The notes under the pieces: model-generated
Seen by the model: only the letters and a program-made list of their open reading frames with translations
Told to the model about the DNA's origin: nothing
Database searches by the model: none
From: Neisseriaceae bacterium
Lineage (GTDB): Bacteria > Pseudomonadota > Gammaproteobacteria > Burkholderiales > Neisseriaceae
Direction of reading: 5' to 3'
Assembly (NCBI GenBank): GCA_017991555.1
Contig: JAGOQM010000004.1
Location: 18,273 to 82,272, forward strand
Length of the DNA: 64,000 nucleotides
Position numbers and translations under genes: made by a program
In this document: piece after piece, positions 1 through 10,362 of the stretch
How positions within the stretch are numbered: the first letter of the stretch is position 1
Layout: every line of letters begins with the position of its first letter

Positions 1-1504
1 ACAGCAAGGCCAGTGCCAACAGGTCGCTGACCGATTCGGCGTTGGAAATGATGCTTTGGTTGATGGCGGTTTCGCCATAGGTTTCTTTAATGTGGCGCGC
101 GGCTTGGAAAATCGCCAGTTCTTTTTTGGTGACGTCGTTGTAGTCAATGTAGGGCGAGTACAGCGGTCTGGGGGTGGCCAGTTCGCGCAGCAGCACGCGT
201 TGACGGGCGGTTTCGTCTAATGCCAGATAGTCTTCTAGGCCGGCGTGTTTAAACAGGTCGGCCACGACATCGGCGTGAAAGGCGCCATGCTGTCGCAGGT
301 CTAGCGGCATCAAGTAGAAGCCAAACACCGACACGGCGCGAATGAATGACGCCAGACGGCCATTGGCCAAGCGTTCTGAGCCGTTGGCAATCAACGAGTC
401 GCGAATGAGGTTCAGGTCGGCCAAGAAGTCTTCGGCGCGCTCATACGGTGCCAGCAGGCCAAAGTGTGACCCTAAAGGCGCCCCCAGCTTGTTGGCGGTG
501 GCCAACACGCGGGCGCTGAGGTAGGCCATGACTTGGCGATAAGGTTCTTCTTCACGGGCACGGGCACGGTCGGGCGAGTGTTTCGCCAGCTGCAAGACCG
601 CTTCGCTGACGCCGACGCGGCGCAAAGACAGCGACAGCTCTTCGTACAGCTCGCTCAGTTCCGAACGGTAAAATTGGAATAAGGTTTTGGCGTGCTGGGT
701 AAAGGCGTAGCTTAGGGTGTCGGCGTCGACAAAGGGGTTGCCATCGCGGTCACCGCCCACCCAGCCACCAATGTGCAATAGGTTGGGGGTGTTTAAATCG
801 GGTGACAGCTGTTTTAAGCCCTGCTCCAGCTTGCGGTATAAGCGCGGCACCGATTTAAAAAAGCTCAGGGGAAAATAGGCCACGCTGTTGGTGATTTCAT
901 CCGCCACCGTCATTTTGAAGTGACGGGTTTCGTTGCTTTGCCATAGGGTCAACAACACGTTTTCTAACGCGTCCTGAATGTTTTGCTGTTGTTCTTTGCT
1001 GACGTAAGGTTGATTGCGCTTGTCCAGCAGGCTGCGAATTTTACGGTTTAGGGTCAGCACCGTTTGGCGCTGAACTTCAGTGGGGTGCGCCGTTAACACC
1101 GCGGCGACCTGAGTGTGGTTCAGCTGGCTTTGCAATACATTGCTGGCAATGTTGGCGTCTTGCAGCTGTTGCAACACTTCTTCCAGACTGCCTTTGGCTG
1201 CGCCAGACTGGTTGGCCTCATGGGCCAAGCGGCGGCGCTCGTGGTGGGCGTCTTCGGCAATGTTCAGCACTTGGGCAAATAGGCCACAGGCGCGGATCAG
1301 CTGTTCGGTTTGGGCTTCATTCAGCTTGGGCAAAAAGGTTTGCACGTCTTTTTCTGGCTGTGTCGTGGTAATGAAGACAGAAAAAGCCTGCAAAACATCT
1401 TGCGGTAACTCAGCGTTGAGTACGGCTAGGAGGGCATCGGATAAAAAGGCGACGTCTACCTTGAGGGCGGCGTCCTTGGGGTTGGTGATCTGGGTTTGCA
1501 ACAT
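1..1504 (-). CDS. ppc: phosphoenolpyruvate carboxylase, N-terminal ~500 aa (3' part lies beyond the window edge)
   Basis: The minus-strand frame is open from position 1 to the ATG at 1502-1504. My translation contains LTAHPTEVQRQT and GGWVGGDRDGNPF, both PEPC signatures. It is absent from the ORF track because the window truncates it. Confidence 0.9.
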   Translation of the reverse strand, partial: MLQTQITNPKDAALKVDVAFLSDALLAVLNAELPQDVLQAFSVFITTTQPEKDVQTFLPKLNEAQTEQLIRACGLFAQVLNIAEDAHHERRRLAHEANQSGAAKGSLEEVLQQLQDANIASNVLQSQLNHTQVAAVLTAHPTEVQRQTVLTLNRKIRSLLDKRNQPYVSKEQQQNIQDALENVLLTLWQSNETRHFKMTVADEITNSVAYFPLSFFKSVPRLYRKLEQGLKQLSPDLNTPNLLHIGGWVGGDRDGNPFVDADTLSYAFTQHAKTLFQFYRSELSELYEELSLSLRRVGVSEAVLQLAKHSPDRARAREEEPYRQVMAYLSARVLATANKLGAPLGSHFGLLAPYERAEDFLADLNLIRDSLIANGSERLANGRLASFIRAVSVFGFYLMPLDLRQHGAFHADVVADLFKHAGLEDYLALDETARQRVLLRELATPRPLYSPYIDYNDVTKKELAIFQAARHIKETYGETAINQSIISNAESVSDLLALALL

Positions 1505-1785
1505 GCTGGGTTCCTCAAATATTGGGTCACAATGGGTTGGTATTGACCCTAGATGGTGCCTATTGTTGTGATTAGGGCACGCAAAAAAAAGCCCCTTGAT
1601 GGCCGTGGCTGAAGGGTGCAGTATGCGCCAATGGCTGAATAGGGCGGTGCGTTAGGGCAAAACCGAGTTCGATGAGCGATTGACCAAAACGCCATCGAAG
1701 CGTGCAGGAGATTGAATGCGTCATCGCATGAAATATCCTGCGGCAAATAGTGTTAAACTGAAGGCCTTAATCACGGTGCGAAACT

Positions 1786-2739
1786 ATGAGCCTTACTTTA
1801 CATCATCAATTAACAGAGTTAGATAATCAGTCTTTACAACGATTATGCGGCACGCTGGATGAGCATATCAAGACCTTAGCACATGCTTTGCAAATTAGCA
1901 TCAGCCGTCGCTTTACTGCGTTCACTTTTTCAGGTGAACGGGCAGAGTCTGGCGTGGCTGCGTTGAATGAACTGGTTGAAATTGCACAGAATAGGGAGTT
2001 GACATTGGCAGACATCCAGATGGCGGTGATCGACGCAAAAAGCAACACCCAGGCCGACGCCAAGCAGCAGTCGGTTGGGGTTTACCATTTAAAAACCAAA
2101 AAAGGCTATTTAAATGGCCGCACGCCGCGGCAGAACTTGTACATTAAAGCCTTGCTCAGCCACGACGTGGTGTTTGGGGTGGGGCCTGCCGGTACCGGTA
2201 AAACCTATATTGCGGTGGCGGCGGCGGTGGACGCGATGGAGCGACAGCTGGTGGAGCGCATTGTGTTGGTGCGTCCTGCGGTTGAAGCGGGTGAGAAGCT
2301 GGGCTTTTTACCGGGCGACCTCTCGCAAAAAGTAGATCCTTACTTACGGCCCTTATACGACGCTTTATATGAGCTCATGGGCTTTGATAAAGTGATGCGG
2401 CTATTGGAAAAGGGCCTGATTGAAATTGCGCCTTTGGCCTATATGCGTGGTCGTACTTTAAACGGTGCCTATGTGATCTTGGACGAAGCGCAAAACACCA
2501 CGCCCGAACAGATGAAAATGTTTCTGACCCGAATTGGCTTTGGCGCCAAGGCGGTGATTACCGGCGATTCTAGCCAAGTCGACTTGCCCAAGCACATTAA
2601 GAGCGGCCTGCGCGATGCTGAGGAAAAGCTACAGGGCATTGATGGCCTTCATTTTCACTACTTTAAGAGTGACGATGTGGTGCGCCATCCGCTGGTGCAA
2701 AAAATTGTGGAAGCCTATGAGGCGCACGACGAGCGTTAG
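1786..2739 (+). CDS. ybeZ: PhoH-like ATPase
   Basis: 317-aa ORF with Walker A GPAGTGKTY. It is the first gene of the conserved ybeZ-ybeY-corC-lnt arrangement. Confidence 0.9.
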   Translation: MSLTLHHQLTELDNQSLQRLCGTLDEHIKTLAHALQISISRRFTAFTFSGERAESGVAALNELVEIAQNRELTLADIQMAVIDAKSNTQADAKQQSVGVYHLKTKKGYLNGRTPRQNLYIKALLSHDVVFGVGPAGTGKTYIAVAAAVDAMERQLVERIVLVRPAVEAGEKLGFLPGDLSQKVDPYLRPLYDALYELMGFDKVMRLLEKGLIEIAPLAYMRGRTLNGAYVILDEAQNTTPEQMKMFLTRIGFGAKAVITGDSSQVDLPKHIKSGLRDAEEKLQGIDGLHFHYFKSDDVVRHPLVQKIVEAYEAHDER

Positions 2740-2781
2740 GCTAGGCCTATTAGGGTATAGAACGAAACAGAAGGATATTGC

Positions 2782-3300
2782 GTGAAAGCAGCAAAAAAAC
2801 GGCCGTTTTTGGCCGAACAAAAAAAACGATTGGCCTTGGACATTAGTCGGGAAACGGCGGCCGAGACGCCAGACAACGCTGAATTTTTTAAATGGGTGTG
2901 GCAGGCGTTAAAAAACGAGTATCGCCAGGCCCAAATTGGCATTATGATTTGTGATGAGGCCGAAGCCCAGCAGTATAACCGTGATTACCGTGGTAAAGAC
3001 TACGCCACCAACGTGTTGAGCTTTGCCCTGAATGAGGGCGATGACTTTGCCGAGATGCTGGATACGGGCGCTGAGCCGGTATTGCGCGGTGATTTGGTTT
3101 TGTGTACCGAGGTAGTGGCCAAAGAAGCAGTAGAACAAAACATCAGCCTGACGGCGCATTATGCCCACCTTGTGATTCATGGGGTGTTGCACTTAATGGG
3201 GTACGATCATGAGCAAGATGATGAAGCAGAAGTGATGGAAGCACTTGAAATAAAGGTCTTGCATCAGTTAGGATACGCTAATCCCTATTCAAAGGAATAA
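2782..3300 (+). CDS. ybeY: rRNA maturation endoribonuclease YbeY
   Basis: Contains the HGVLHLMGYDH zinc-binding motif. GTG start preceded by an AGAAGGA RBS. Position after ybeZ fits. Confidence 0.9.
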   Translation: MKAAKKRPFLAEQKKRLALDISRETAAETPDNAEFFKWVWQALKNEYRQAQIGIMICDEAEAQQYNRDYRGKDYATNVLSFALNEGDDFAEMLDTGAEPVLRGDLVLCTEVVAKEAVEQNISLTAHYAHLVIHGVLHLMGYDHEQDDEAEVMEALEIKVLHQLGYANPYSKE

Positions 3301-3307
3301 ATCATAA

Positions 3308-4159
3308 ATGGACGAAAGTCTGCAGTCTAAGAACCCTGGTTTTTTTGAACGTCTTAAAAATCGTTTGACCAATGATGGTCCCGATACGCAAGAAGAGGTG
3401 GTGAACACCTTACGTGCGGCGTTTGCGCAAGAAGTGCTGGATGCCGATACCTTGAGCATGCTCGAGAGCGTGTTGGCGTTTGGCGATTTAGAGGTGCGTG
3501 ACGTGATGCTCAGCCGCAGCCAAATGGACGTGGTGCGCGAGGACGAAGCCATCGAGCGCATTGTGGCCTTAACCATCGAAACCGCACACTCGCGCTTTCC
3601 CGTAATCGGTGAAGACAAAGACCACGTTTTGGGTATTTTGCACGCCAAAGACCTGTTGCGTTACTTTGCGCATCCAGAAGGCTTTAAGCTGCATGACATT
3701 CTGCGTGAAGCCGTGTTCGTGCCCGAAAGCCAATCTTTGAGCACTTTGCTCAAAGATTTCCGCAGTAATCGCAACCACATGGCCTTGGTGGTGGATGAGT
3801 ATGGCGGCGTGTCGGGCTTGGTGACGATTGAAGACGTGATCGAGCAGATTATTGGCGACATTGAAGACGAATTTGATGAAGACGACACGGCTGACAACAT
3901 CATTAAAATATCACCCGTGCGCTTCTTGGTTAAAGCCACGACGGAAGTAGACGACTTTAACGCGTTTTTCCAGACGGATTTCAGCGATGAAGAGGTTGAT
4001 ACCCTGGGTGGTTTGGTGACGCAAGAGCTAGGGCGCATGCCCGAGCGCGGCGAAAGCGTGATGCTGGGCCACATGCGTTGCACCATTGCGCGTGCCGATG
4101 CGCGCCGTTTGCATTCCATCATGATCACCTTGCCTAGCCCTTACGGCGGCCCGCAATAG
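3308..4159 (+). CDS. corC: CorC/HlyC-family magnesium/cobalt efflux protein (CBS pair plus CorC_HlyC domain)
   Basis: 283 aa with the typical CBS-pair and C-terminal transporter-associated domain layout. Starts 7 nt after ybeY. Confidence 0.85.
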   Translation: MDESLQSKNPGFFERLKNRLTNDGPDTQEEVVNTLRAAFAQEVLDADTLSMLESVLAFGDLEVRDVMLSRSQMDVVREDEAIERIVALTIETAHSRFPVIGEDKDHVLGILHAKDLLRYFAHPEGFKLHDILREAVFVPESQSLSTLLKDFRSNRNHMALVVDEYGGVSGLVTIEDVIEQIIGDIEDEFDEDDTADNIIKISPVRFLVKATTEVDDFNAFFQTDFSDEEVDTLGGLVTQELGRMPERGESVMLGHMRCTIARADARRLHSIMITLPSPYGGPQ

Positions 4160-4243
4160 GCGGTTGTTGATCAGCTTAAATGTCAACGAGCTGTTGCCAG
4201 CGATTGAGGCAGCGGCTCGTTTTTTATGAATTAAAGGAAGATT

Positions 4244-5800
4244 GTGTACGCACAAAATCGCTTGTTACAAATCGTGTGGGCTCGGCCCTATTTACTGTAC
4301 GCCCTGATGGTTTTAGGGGGCGCGGCGACGCCGCTGGCGTTTGCACCGTATCGCTTAAGCTTCATGATGGTGCTGCTGCTGGGGATGCTGTTCTTTTTTG
4401 CCTTTGGCCACAAACACTCAGTGCGCCTGGCTTATCTTTGGGGCATCAGCGCCTATGTGGCGCAGTTTTACTGGATCAACATTGCCCTCAATGAAACCGC
4501 AGGGCTGCCCCAGTTCTTGGCGGTGCCGCTGACGCTGCTGCTGCCCGCCTATTTGGCGTTGTATCCCGCCTTGGCATTTTGGCTGGTGCGCCAGCTGAAA
4601 CTGTCGGCGTTTCAGGGCTTGGCCGTGGGCCTGCCCTTTGCTTGGGCTTTAGGCGAATTTGTGCGAGAACGGGCGTTTACCGGTTTTGGCTGGGGTGCTC
4701 TGGGCTACAGCCAAATTGGCGCGCAGTCGCCGCTGGCCGGGTTTGCGCCCGTGGGCGGCATTCACATGGTGACGCTGGCGGTGGCCTTGATTACCGCCTG
4801 GCTGGTGTTGGCGCTGCGCGCGCCGAAGGCCAGCACCCAAGCGGGTGGCGTCATTGGTATTTTGCTGGTGTTGGGCTTTGGCAGCAGCGTGAAAGACGTG
4901 CCGTTTACCCAGCCGGATGGCACCAAGGCCACGGTGGCTTTGGGCCAGGGCAATATTCCACAAAGCCTTAAGTGGCAGCAGGATCAGGTGATGCCAACGT
5001 TTCAAACCTATTTTCAGCAGGTGGCAGACACCAAGGCCGACATTTTGATTTTGCCCGAAACCGCGTTGCCGCTGATGAAGCAGCACATTCCGGTTAACTG
5101 GCTGCAAGACTTTGCCGACACGGCCCGTCACAACGGCACCGCGTTGGCGATGGGGATGAGCCAGTTTGCAGACGATGGCGAGAACTACTTGAACGTGGTG
5201 GTGAATATGTCGGATTACGACGGCACGCCGGGTAAGGCCGACCCTTACTATGCCAAAGACCATTTGGTGCCGTTTGGTGAGTTTATTCCGTTAAAGAGCG
5301 TGACCAACTGGCTCTATCAGTTCATGGACATTCCATTGGCCGACACCACCCGTGGGGGCAAGGGGCAGGCGCCGTTGCAACTACACAACCAGCGGGTGGC
5401 GTTTAACATCTGCTACGAGGACGGTTTTGGGGACGAGCTGATTGCCTCGGCCAAACAGTCGAGCCTCTTGGCCAACGCCAGCAATATGGCCTGGTATGGT
5501 GAATCTTACGCCATGGACTTACACCTGCAGCAGTCGCAGGCACGGGCCTTAGAGCTGGGTCGTTACATGGTGCGCAGTACCAACACGGGCATGACGGCGA
5601 TTATTCAACCGAATGGGGAGATTCAAAGCGAATCGGTGCGGGTGACGCGCACGGTCCTGCAAGGTGAAATCGAAGGACGCAGCGGCGAAACGCCGTATAT
5701 GCGCCTGGGCAGCAGCTGGCCCTGGTTTTGGCTGTCGACGCTGGTTCTGGCGGGCCTAGGCTGGCAGGCCAGACGCCGTAGAAAGGCGAAGAAAAGTTAA
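4244..5800 (+). CDS. lnt: apolipoprotein N-acyltransferase
   Basis: 518 aa with a multi-TM N-terminus followed by a CN-hydrolase domain. GTG start after AAGGAAG. Synteny with corC supports the call. Confidence 0.9.
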   Translation: MYAQNRLLQIVWARPYLLYALMVLGGAATPLAFAPYRLSFMMVLLLGMLFFFAFGHKHSVRLAYLWGISAYVAQFYWINIALNETAGLPQFLAVPLTLLLPAYLALYPALAFWLVRQLKLSAFQGLAVGLPFAWALGEFVRERAFTGFGWGALGYSQIGAQSPLAGFAPVGGIHMVTLAVALITAWLVLALRAPKASTQAGGVIGILLVLGFGSSVKDVPFTQPDGTKATVALGQGNIPQSLKWQQDQVMPTFQTYFQQVADTKADILILPETALPLMKQHIPVNWLQDFADTARHNGTALAMGMSQFADDGENYLNVVVNMSDYDGTPGKADPYYAKDHLVPFGEFIPLKSVTNWLYQFMDIPLADTTRGGKGQAPLQLHNQRVAFNICYEDGFGDELIASAKQSSLLANASNMAWYGESYAMDLHLQQSQARALELGRYMVRSTNTGMTAIIQPNGEIQSESVRVTRTVLQGEIEGRSGETPYMRLGSSWPWFWLSTLVLAGLGWQARRRRKAKKS

Positions 5801-5888
5801 AAAGTCGCTGAAACCATGGAACATTTTGTGCGTTTTGCGGTCTTACTTTGGTGTGCTAGCGCGACGCTTGCCGATGCCCGAACATGAG

Positions 5889-5917
5889 TTGGCGGAAATA
5901 ACAAATAATGTTAGACT
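5889..5917 (+). promoter_or_regulatory. candidate sigma-70 promoter for rpoH
   Basis: TTGGCG (5889-5894), a 17-nt spacer, then TAGACT (5912-5917) with an upstream TG (extended -10). Found by eye only. Confidence 0.3.
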
Positions 5918-5977
5918 AACTTTTGTTTTTTGTTGGCCCGTCGCGCCAACAGCAGAACGAACCTAAAAGGAAAGAAC

Positions 5978-6832
5978 ATGAGCCAAACATTTGCTTTACC
6001 CGTGCCATCAGGCCATGGCAGCTTAGAACAGTACATTCAAACTGTGAACAGCGTGCCATTATTGACGCCTGAAGAAGAGCACGACTTGGCTATGCGTCAA
6101 AAGAATTTAGGCGACTTGGAAGCTGCAAAACAGTTAATTTTGTCGCATTTGCGCGTGGTTGTGTCGATCGCTCGTGGGTACGATGGGTATGGCCTTAATC
6201 AGGCCGATTTAATTCAAGAAGGCAATATTGGTTTGATGAAAGCGGTAAAACGCTTCGAACCCACCCGTGGGGTGCGCCTATTCTCATTCGCCGTGCACTG
6301 GATTCGTGCTGAAATTCACGAGTTTATTTTGCGTAACTGGCGTTTGGTGCGCGTGGCCACGACTAAGCCACAGCGCAAGCTGTTCTTTAACCTACGCAGC
6401 ATGCGTAAAAGCCTGTCGGCCCTGAGCGATAAAGAAGCACAGGTGATTGCCGATGATTTGGGCGTGAAGCGTGAAGAAGTGTTGGAGATGGAGCAGCGCA
6501 TGACCGGTCGCGACATTGCCCTATTGGCGGATAATGACGACGACGAACAGGCTTATGCCCCGATTGACTGGCTGGCCGACTCTGAAAGTGAGCCGACTCG
6601 CCAAATCGAAAAGGCCGCCCGTGCGACTTTGCAAACCGATGGCTTGCAACAGGCATTGGCTCAGCTAGATGACCGTAGCCGCCACATTGTGTCGAGCCGC
6701 TGGCTGTCAGACGACAGTGGCCCGACTTTGCATGATTTGGCCGCGGAATATGGCGTATCGGCCGAGCGCATTCGTCAAATTGAAGTGAAGGCGATGCAAA
6801 AGCTGCGTGGTTTTTTAGAAGCCGCTGCCTAA
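5978..6832 (+). CDS. rpoH: RNA polymerase sigma-32 (heat-shock sigma factor)
   Basis: Contains the RpoH box QRKLFFNLR and sigma-70 regions 2 and 4. The ATG at 5978 is preceded by AAAAGGAAAG. The 5930 start in the ORF track is a TTG extension. Confidence 0.93.
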   Translation: MSQTFALPVPSGHGSLEQYIQTVNSVPLLTPEEEHDLAMRQKNLGDLEAAKQLILSHLRVVVSIARGYDGYGLNQADLIQEGNIGLMKAVKRFEPTRGVRLFSFAVHWIRAEIHEFILRNWRLVRVATTKPQRKLFFNLRSMRKSLSALSDKEAQVIADDLGVKREEVLEMEQRMTGRDIALLADNDDDEQAYAPIDWLADSESEPTRQIEKAARATLQTDGLQQALAQLDDRSRHIVSSRWLSDDSGPTLHDLAAEYGVSAERIRQIEVKAMQKLRGFLEAAA

Positions 6833-6860
6833 CCCCGCCGACTTGATTTTAGCTTACCCT

Positions 6861-6892
6861 AAAGCCGCTCTCTTTGGAGAGCGGCTTTTTTT
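6861..6892 (+). terminator. rho-independent terminator of rpoH
   Basis: 10-bp stem agccgctctc/gagagcggct, loop tttg, then a 7-T run. Confidence 0.85.
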
Positions 6893-6961
6893 ACGTGGGT
6901 GTTTGGGTTTGGACGAGGGCTTCGGCGGGCATGAGCATAAGCTTGTCGTCTTGATGGCCGT

Positions 6962-6987
6962 AAAAAAACCGTTCTTTGGGAACGGTT
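6962..6987 (-). terminator. rho-independent terminator of folA
   Basis: Stem aaccgttc/gaacggtt with an A-run on the plus strand, which is a T-run on the minus strand. Confidence 0.75.
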
Positions 6988-6999
6988 GGTTATGAAGCA

Positions 7000-7503
7000 T
7001 TAAGCCATGCGCTGATAGTGAACAAAAGCATAGCGAATGCCGTCATCGGTGACGTGTTTTTCTAGGCTGGCGACGCGCCAGAGGTCGTGGTCGATGTCGG
7101 GAAAGAAGGCGTCGCCTTCAATGTCTAAATCAATGTGGGTTACCTGTAGGTCGGTGGCCACCGCCATGGCCTGCGCATAAATCTGGGCGCCACCCATCAC
7201 GCACACTTCGGCCTCATCGCAGGCGGCTAAGGCTGCTGCTAACGAGTTGTGACTTTCGGTTTGGGCCATGCTGGCATCGATGTAGTCGGCCTGGCGGCTG
7301 ATGACTAAGTTACGGCGTCCGGGTAGGGGTTTAAACGGCAGTGATTCCCACGTTTTTCGGCCCATGATGATGGGTTTGCCTAGGGTGACCGCTTTAAAGT
7401 GTTTTAAATCTTCTGGGATGTGCCAAGGCAAGGTGTTGTTGACGCCAATCACGTTGTTGCTGGCCATCCCCACCACTAGGGTAATGCGTTGGGGCGTACT
7501 CAT
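7000..7503 (-). CDS. folA: dihydrofolate reductase
   Basis: 167 aa with the DHFR N-terminal pattern ([22 protein letters not shown]). Its start overlaps the thyA stop by 4 nt. Confidence 0.92.
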   Translation of the reverse strand: MSTPQRITLVVGMASNNVIGVNNTLPWHIPEDLKHFKAVTLGKPIIMGRKTWESLPFKPLPGRRNLVISRQADYIDASMAQTESHNSLAAALAACDEAEVCVMGGAQIYAQAMAVATDLQVTHIDLDIEGDAFFPDIDHDLWRVASLEKHVTDDGIRYAFVHYQRMA

Positions 7504-8294
7504 ACGGCCACCGTTGCTTTAATGTGGGGGTGGGGGTCGTAGCCTTCTAGGGTGAAGTCTTCAAACTTAAAGGCAAACAGGTCTTTTACCTCGGGATTGA
7601 GGCGCATGGTTGGCAGGGCGCGCGGTTCGCGGCTCAGTTGTAGCTGGGCTTGTTCAAAGTGGTTGCTGTACAAGTGGGCGTCGCCAAAGGTGTGCACGAA
7701 ATCCCCTAATTCAAGGTTGCACACTTGCGCGATCATCATGGTCAATAAAGCGTAGCTGGCAATGTTGAACGGCACGCCTAAGAAAATATCGGCGCTGCGC
7801 TGATACAGCTGGCACGACAGCTTATTGTTGGCCACGTAAAACTGGAACATGGTGTGGCAAGGCGGCAGCGCCATGTCGTTGACCAGCGCCGGGTTCCAAG
7901 CCGACACCAACAGGCGGCGCGAGTCGGGCGTGTTTTTGATTTGCTCAAGCAGCTGGCTGATTTGGTCGATGTGCCCACCGTCTGGGGTGGGCCAACTGCG
8001 CCACTGGTAGCCGTAAACAGGCCCTAAGTCGCCGTGTTCGTCAGCCCACTCATCCCAAATACGCACGCCGTTGTCCTGCAGGTATTTGATGTTGGTGTCG
8101 CCCTGTAAAAACCACAGCAGTTCATGAACGATGGAGCGAAGATGGCATTTCTTGGTGGTGACTAAAGGAAAGCCTTGGCTCAGGTCAAAGCGCATTTGGT
8201 GGCCAAACACCGAGCGGGTGCCGGTACCGGTGCGGTCTGATTTGTCGGTGCCGGTGGTCAGCACGTGGTTCATTAAGTCTAGATAAGCTTGCAT
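7500..8294 (-). CDS. thyA: thymidylate synthase
   Basis: 264 aa with a full-length ThyA pattern ([12 protein letters not shown], the active-site region PPCH, DAHLY). Confidence 0.95.
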   Translation of the reverse strand: MQAYLDLMNHVLTTGTDKSDRTGTGTRSVFGHQMRFDLSQGFPLVTTKKCHLRSIVHELLWFLQGDTNIKYLQDNGVRIWDEWADEHGDLGPVYGYQWRSWPTPDGGHIDQISQLLEQIKNTPDSRRLLVSAWNPALVNDMALPPCHTMFQFYVANNKLSCQLYQRSADIFLGVPFNIASYALLTMMIAQVCNLELGDFVHTFGDAHLYSNHFEQAQLQLSREPRALPTMRLNPEVKDLFAFKFEDFTLEGYDPHPHIKATVAV

Positions 8295-8617
8295 GGGGGC
8301 ACCTAATAATATTTTATGGCCCTATTGTACCGAAAAATGGGGGCGATTGTCCTCCTTCGATGAAGGGAATGCGGCCGGTTCAGACCGCATTTTGTGTCAC
8401 TGATTGGCCAGCGGAAACAGTAATGGCGGATTTTTGGCCAAGGTGTTGCCTTTCTGGCCTCAAAACCAGTAAAAAATAAACAATAAAAAAGAAGCTTTTA
8501 AAACATTAAACATAAGGTTGTTTATAAACTTAGATGGAAAAGCGCTGTGAAATTCGCTATACTAAAAACAACTTATAAAAATAATAAAATGGCATAAAAA
8601 AGGAATGAAGTGGACAT

Positions 8618-8640
8618 AAGCCCATTATTGGGCTTTTTCT
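8618..8640 (+). terminator. orphan plus-strand rho-independent terminator with no upstream plus-strand CDS
   Basis: Stem aagccca/tgggctt, loop ttat, then TTTTT. See the findings. Confidence 0.55.
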
Positions 8641-8870
8641 ACGTTTGTAGGATGGTGTTGGTGCCCGTTAGGCTGGGGCCTTTTGTGACGCACAGCCATC
8701 TGGACGGACGACGTTAAGCGCCTGTCTGCATGACCCCCTAATACTGCATCATTGCATTCTGTCACTCATGTGTCGGCTACCGCATCATGAAGTGAAGATT
8801 AAGGCCCCGCCAGCAGGGTCGGCTTTGGTGCGAACAGAACATTCAACGTTTCACTCACGGAGCTTTAAGT

Positions 8871-10298
8871 ATGACAACTGTAGCATCTACTCGTCTTGAA
8901 AAAGACTTGCTCGGCACTTTAGAAGTGCCCGCAGACGCGTATTACGGCATTCAAACCCTACGTGCCGCCAATAACTTTCACCTATCAGGGGTGACTTTGT
9001 CACATTACCCTAAGTTTGTGATGGCGCTGGCCATGGTGAAGCAGGCCGCGGCCGATGCCAACCACCAATTGGGCCACTTGCCGACCGAAAAGTATGACGC
9101 CATTGAAGCGGCGTGTCAGCGTTTGGTGAACGGTGAGTTCCATGACCAATTCATCGTGGACATGATTCAAGGCGGTGCCGGTACGTCGACCAACATGAAT
9201 GCCAACGAGGTGATTGCCAACGTGGCGCTTGAAGAAATGGGCAAAGCCAAGGGCGAGTATCAGTTTGTTCACCCCAATAACGATTTAAACATGGCTCAGT
9301 CTACCAACGATGCCTACCCAACCGCGATTCGCTTGGGCCTGTTGTTGGGACATGACAGCCTGTTGGCCAGCCTAAAAGGCCTGATTGATGCGTTTTCAAC
9401 CAAAGCCGTTGAGTTTGAAGGCGTGTTGAAAATGGGCCGCACCCAGCTGCAAGATGCCGTGCCGATGACTTTGGGCCAAGAGTTCAAGGCCTTTTCGACC
9501 AACCTTGCCGAAGACTTAACCCGTTTGACCAGCCTAGTGCCAGAATTGCTATACGACATTAACCTAGGCGGTACCGCCATTGGCACCGGCATTAATGCCG
9601 ATTCACGTTATCAACAATTGGCGGTGGATTGCCTGGCCAAAATCAGCGGCCACGCCTTAAAGCCAGCGCCTGACTTGATTGAAGCCACTTCTGACATGGG
9701 CGACTTTATTTTGCTGTCGGGCATGTTGAAACGCACCGCCATGAAGCTGTCTAAAATTTGTAATGACCTACGCTTGTTGTCTAGCGGCCCACGCACCGGC
9801 ATCAATGAAATCAACCTGCCTGCGCGTCAGCCTGGTAGCTCCATTATGCCCGGCAAGGTAAACCCAGTGATTCCAGAAGCCGTCAACCAAGTGGCGTTTG
9901 AAGTGATGGGCAACGATTTGGCGTTGACCATGGCGGCCGAAGCCGGTCAGCTACAGCTGAACGTGATGGAACCGTTGATCGCCTACAAGCTGTTTGATTC
10001 AGTGCGCCTATTACAACGCGCGATGGATATGCTACGCGAACTGTGCATTGAGGGCATCACTGCCAACCCAGAGCATTGCTTGAAACTGGTGGAGAACTCG
10101 ATTGGTTTGGTGACCGCATTGAACCCTTACATTGGCTACGAGAACGCCACCCGCATCGCCAAAACCGCTTTGGAAAGTGGCCGCGGCGTGTTGGAGTTGG
10201 TGCGCGAAGAGAAGCTATTGGATGAAGCCATGCTGGCCGACATTTTGCGTCCAGAAAACATGATTGCCCCACGCTTGGTGCCTTTGAAAGAAGCCTAA
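8871..10298 (+). CDS. aspA: aspartate ammonia-lyase
   Basis: 475 aa with the fumarate-lyase signature GSSIMPGKVNP. The N-terminus, LEKDLLGTLEVPADAYYGIQTLRA, is AspA-like. Confidence 0.88.
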   Translation: MTTVASTRLEKDLLGTLEVPADAYYGIQTLRAANNFHLSGVTLSHYPKFVMALAMVKQAAADANHQLGHLPTEKYDAIEAACQRLVNGEFHDQFIVDMIQGGAGTSTNMNANEVIANVALEEMGKAKGEYQFVHPNNDLNMAQSTNDAYPTAIRLGLLLGHDSLLASLKGLIDAFSTKAVEFEGVLKMGRTQLQDAVPMTLGQEFKAFSTNLAEDLTRLTSLVPELLYDINLGGTAIGTGINADSRYQQLAVDCLAKISGHALKPAPDLIEATSDMGDFILLSGMLKRTAMKLSKICNDLRLLSSGPRTGINEINLPARQPGSSIMPGKVNPVIPEAVNQVAFEVMGNDLALTMAAEAGQLQLNVMEPLIAYKLFDSVRLLQRAMDMLRELCIEGITANPEHCLKLVENSIGLVTALNPYIGYENATRIAKTALESGRGVLELVREEKLLDEAMLADILRPENMIAPRLVPLKEA

Positions 10299-10316
10299 GC
10301 ATTGTTGGCATGAATC

Positions 10317-10352
10317 AACCGCTTGTCCCCGTGAGGGCCAAGCGGTTTTTTT
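10317..10352 (+). terminator. rho-independent terminator of aspA
   Basis: Stem aaccgcttg/caagcggtt followed by a T-run. Confidence 0.8.
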
Positions 10353-10362
10353 GTGGGCCTTG

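Noticed and set aside
8640-8870. SRP RNA, 6S RNA, tmRNA or RNase P RNA hidden in the long spacers (8295-8870, 30153-30564, 51210-51490)
   Set aside because: None of the conserved cores I remember is present (the SRP GGAAGCAGCC region, tmRNA ends, the RNase P GGAAAGUCCGGGC). These spacers remain unexplained rather than assigned.
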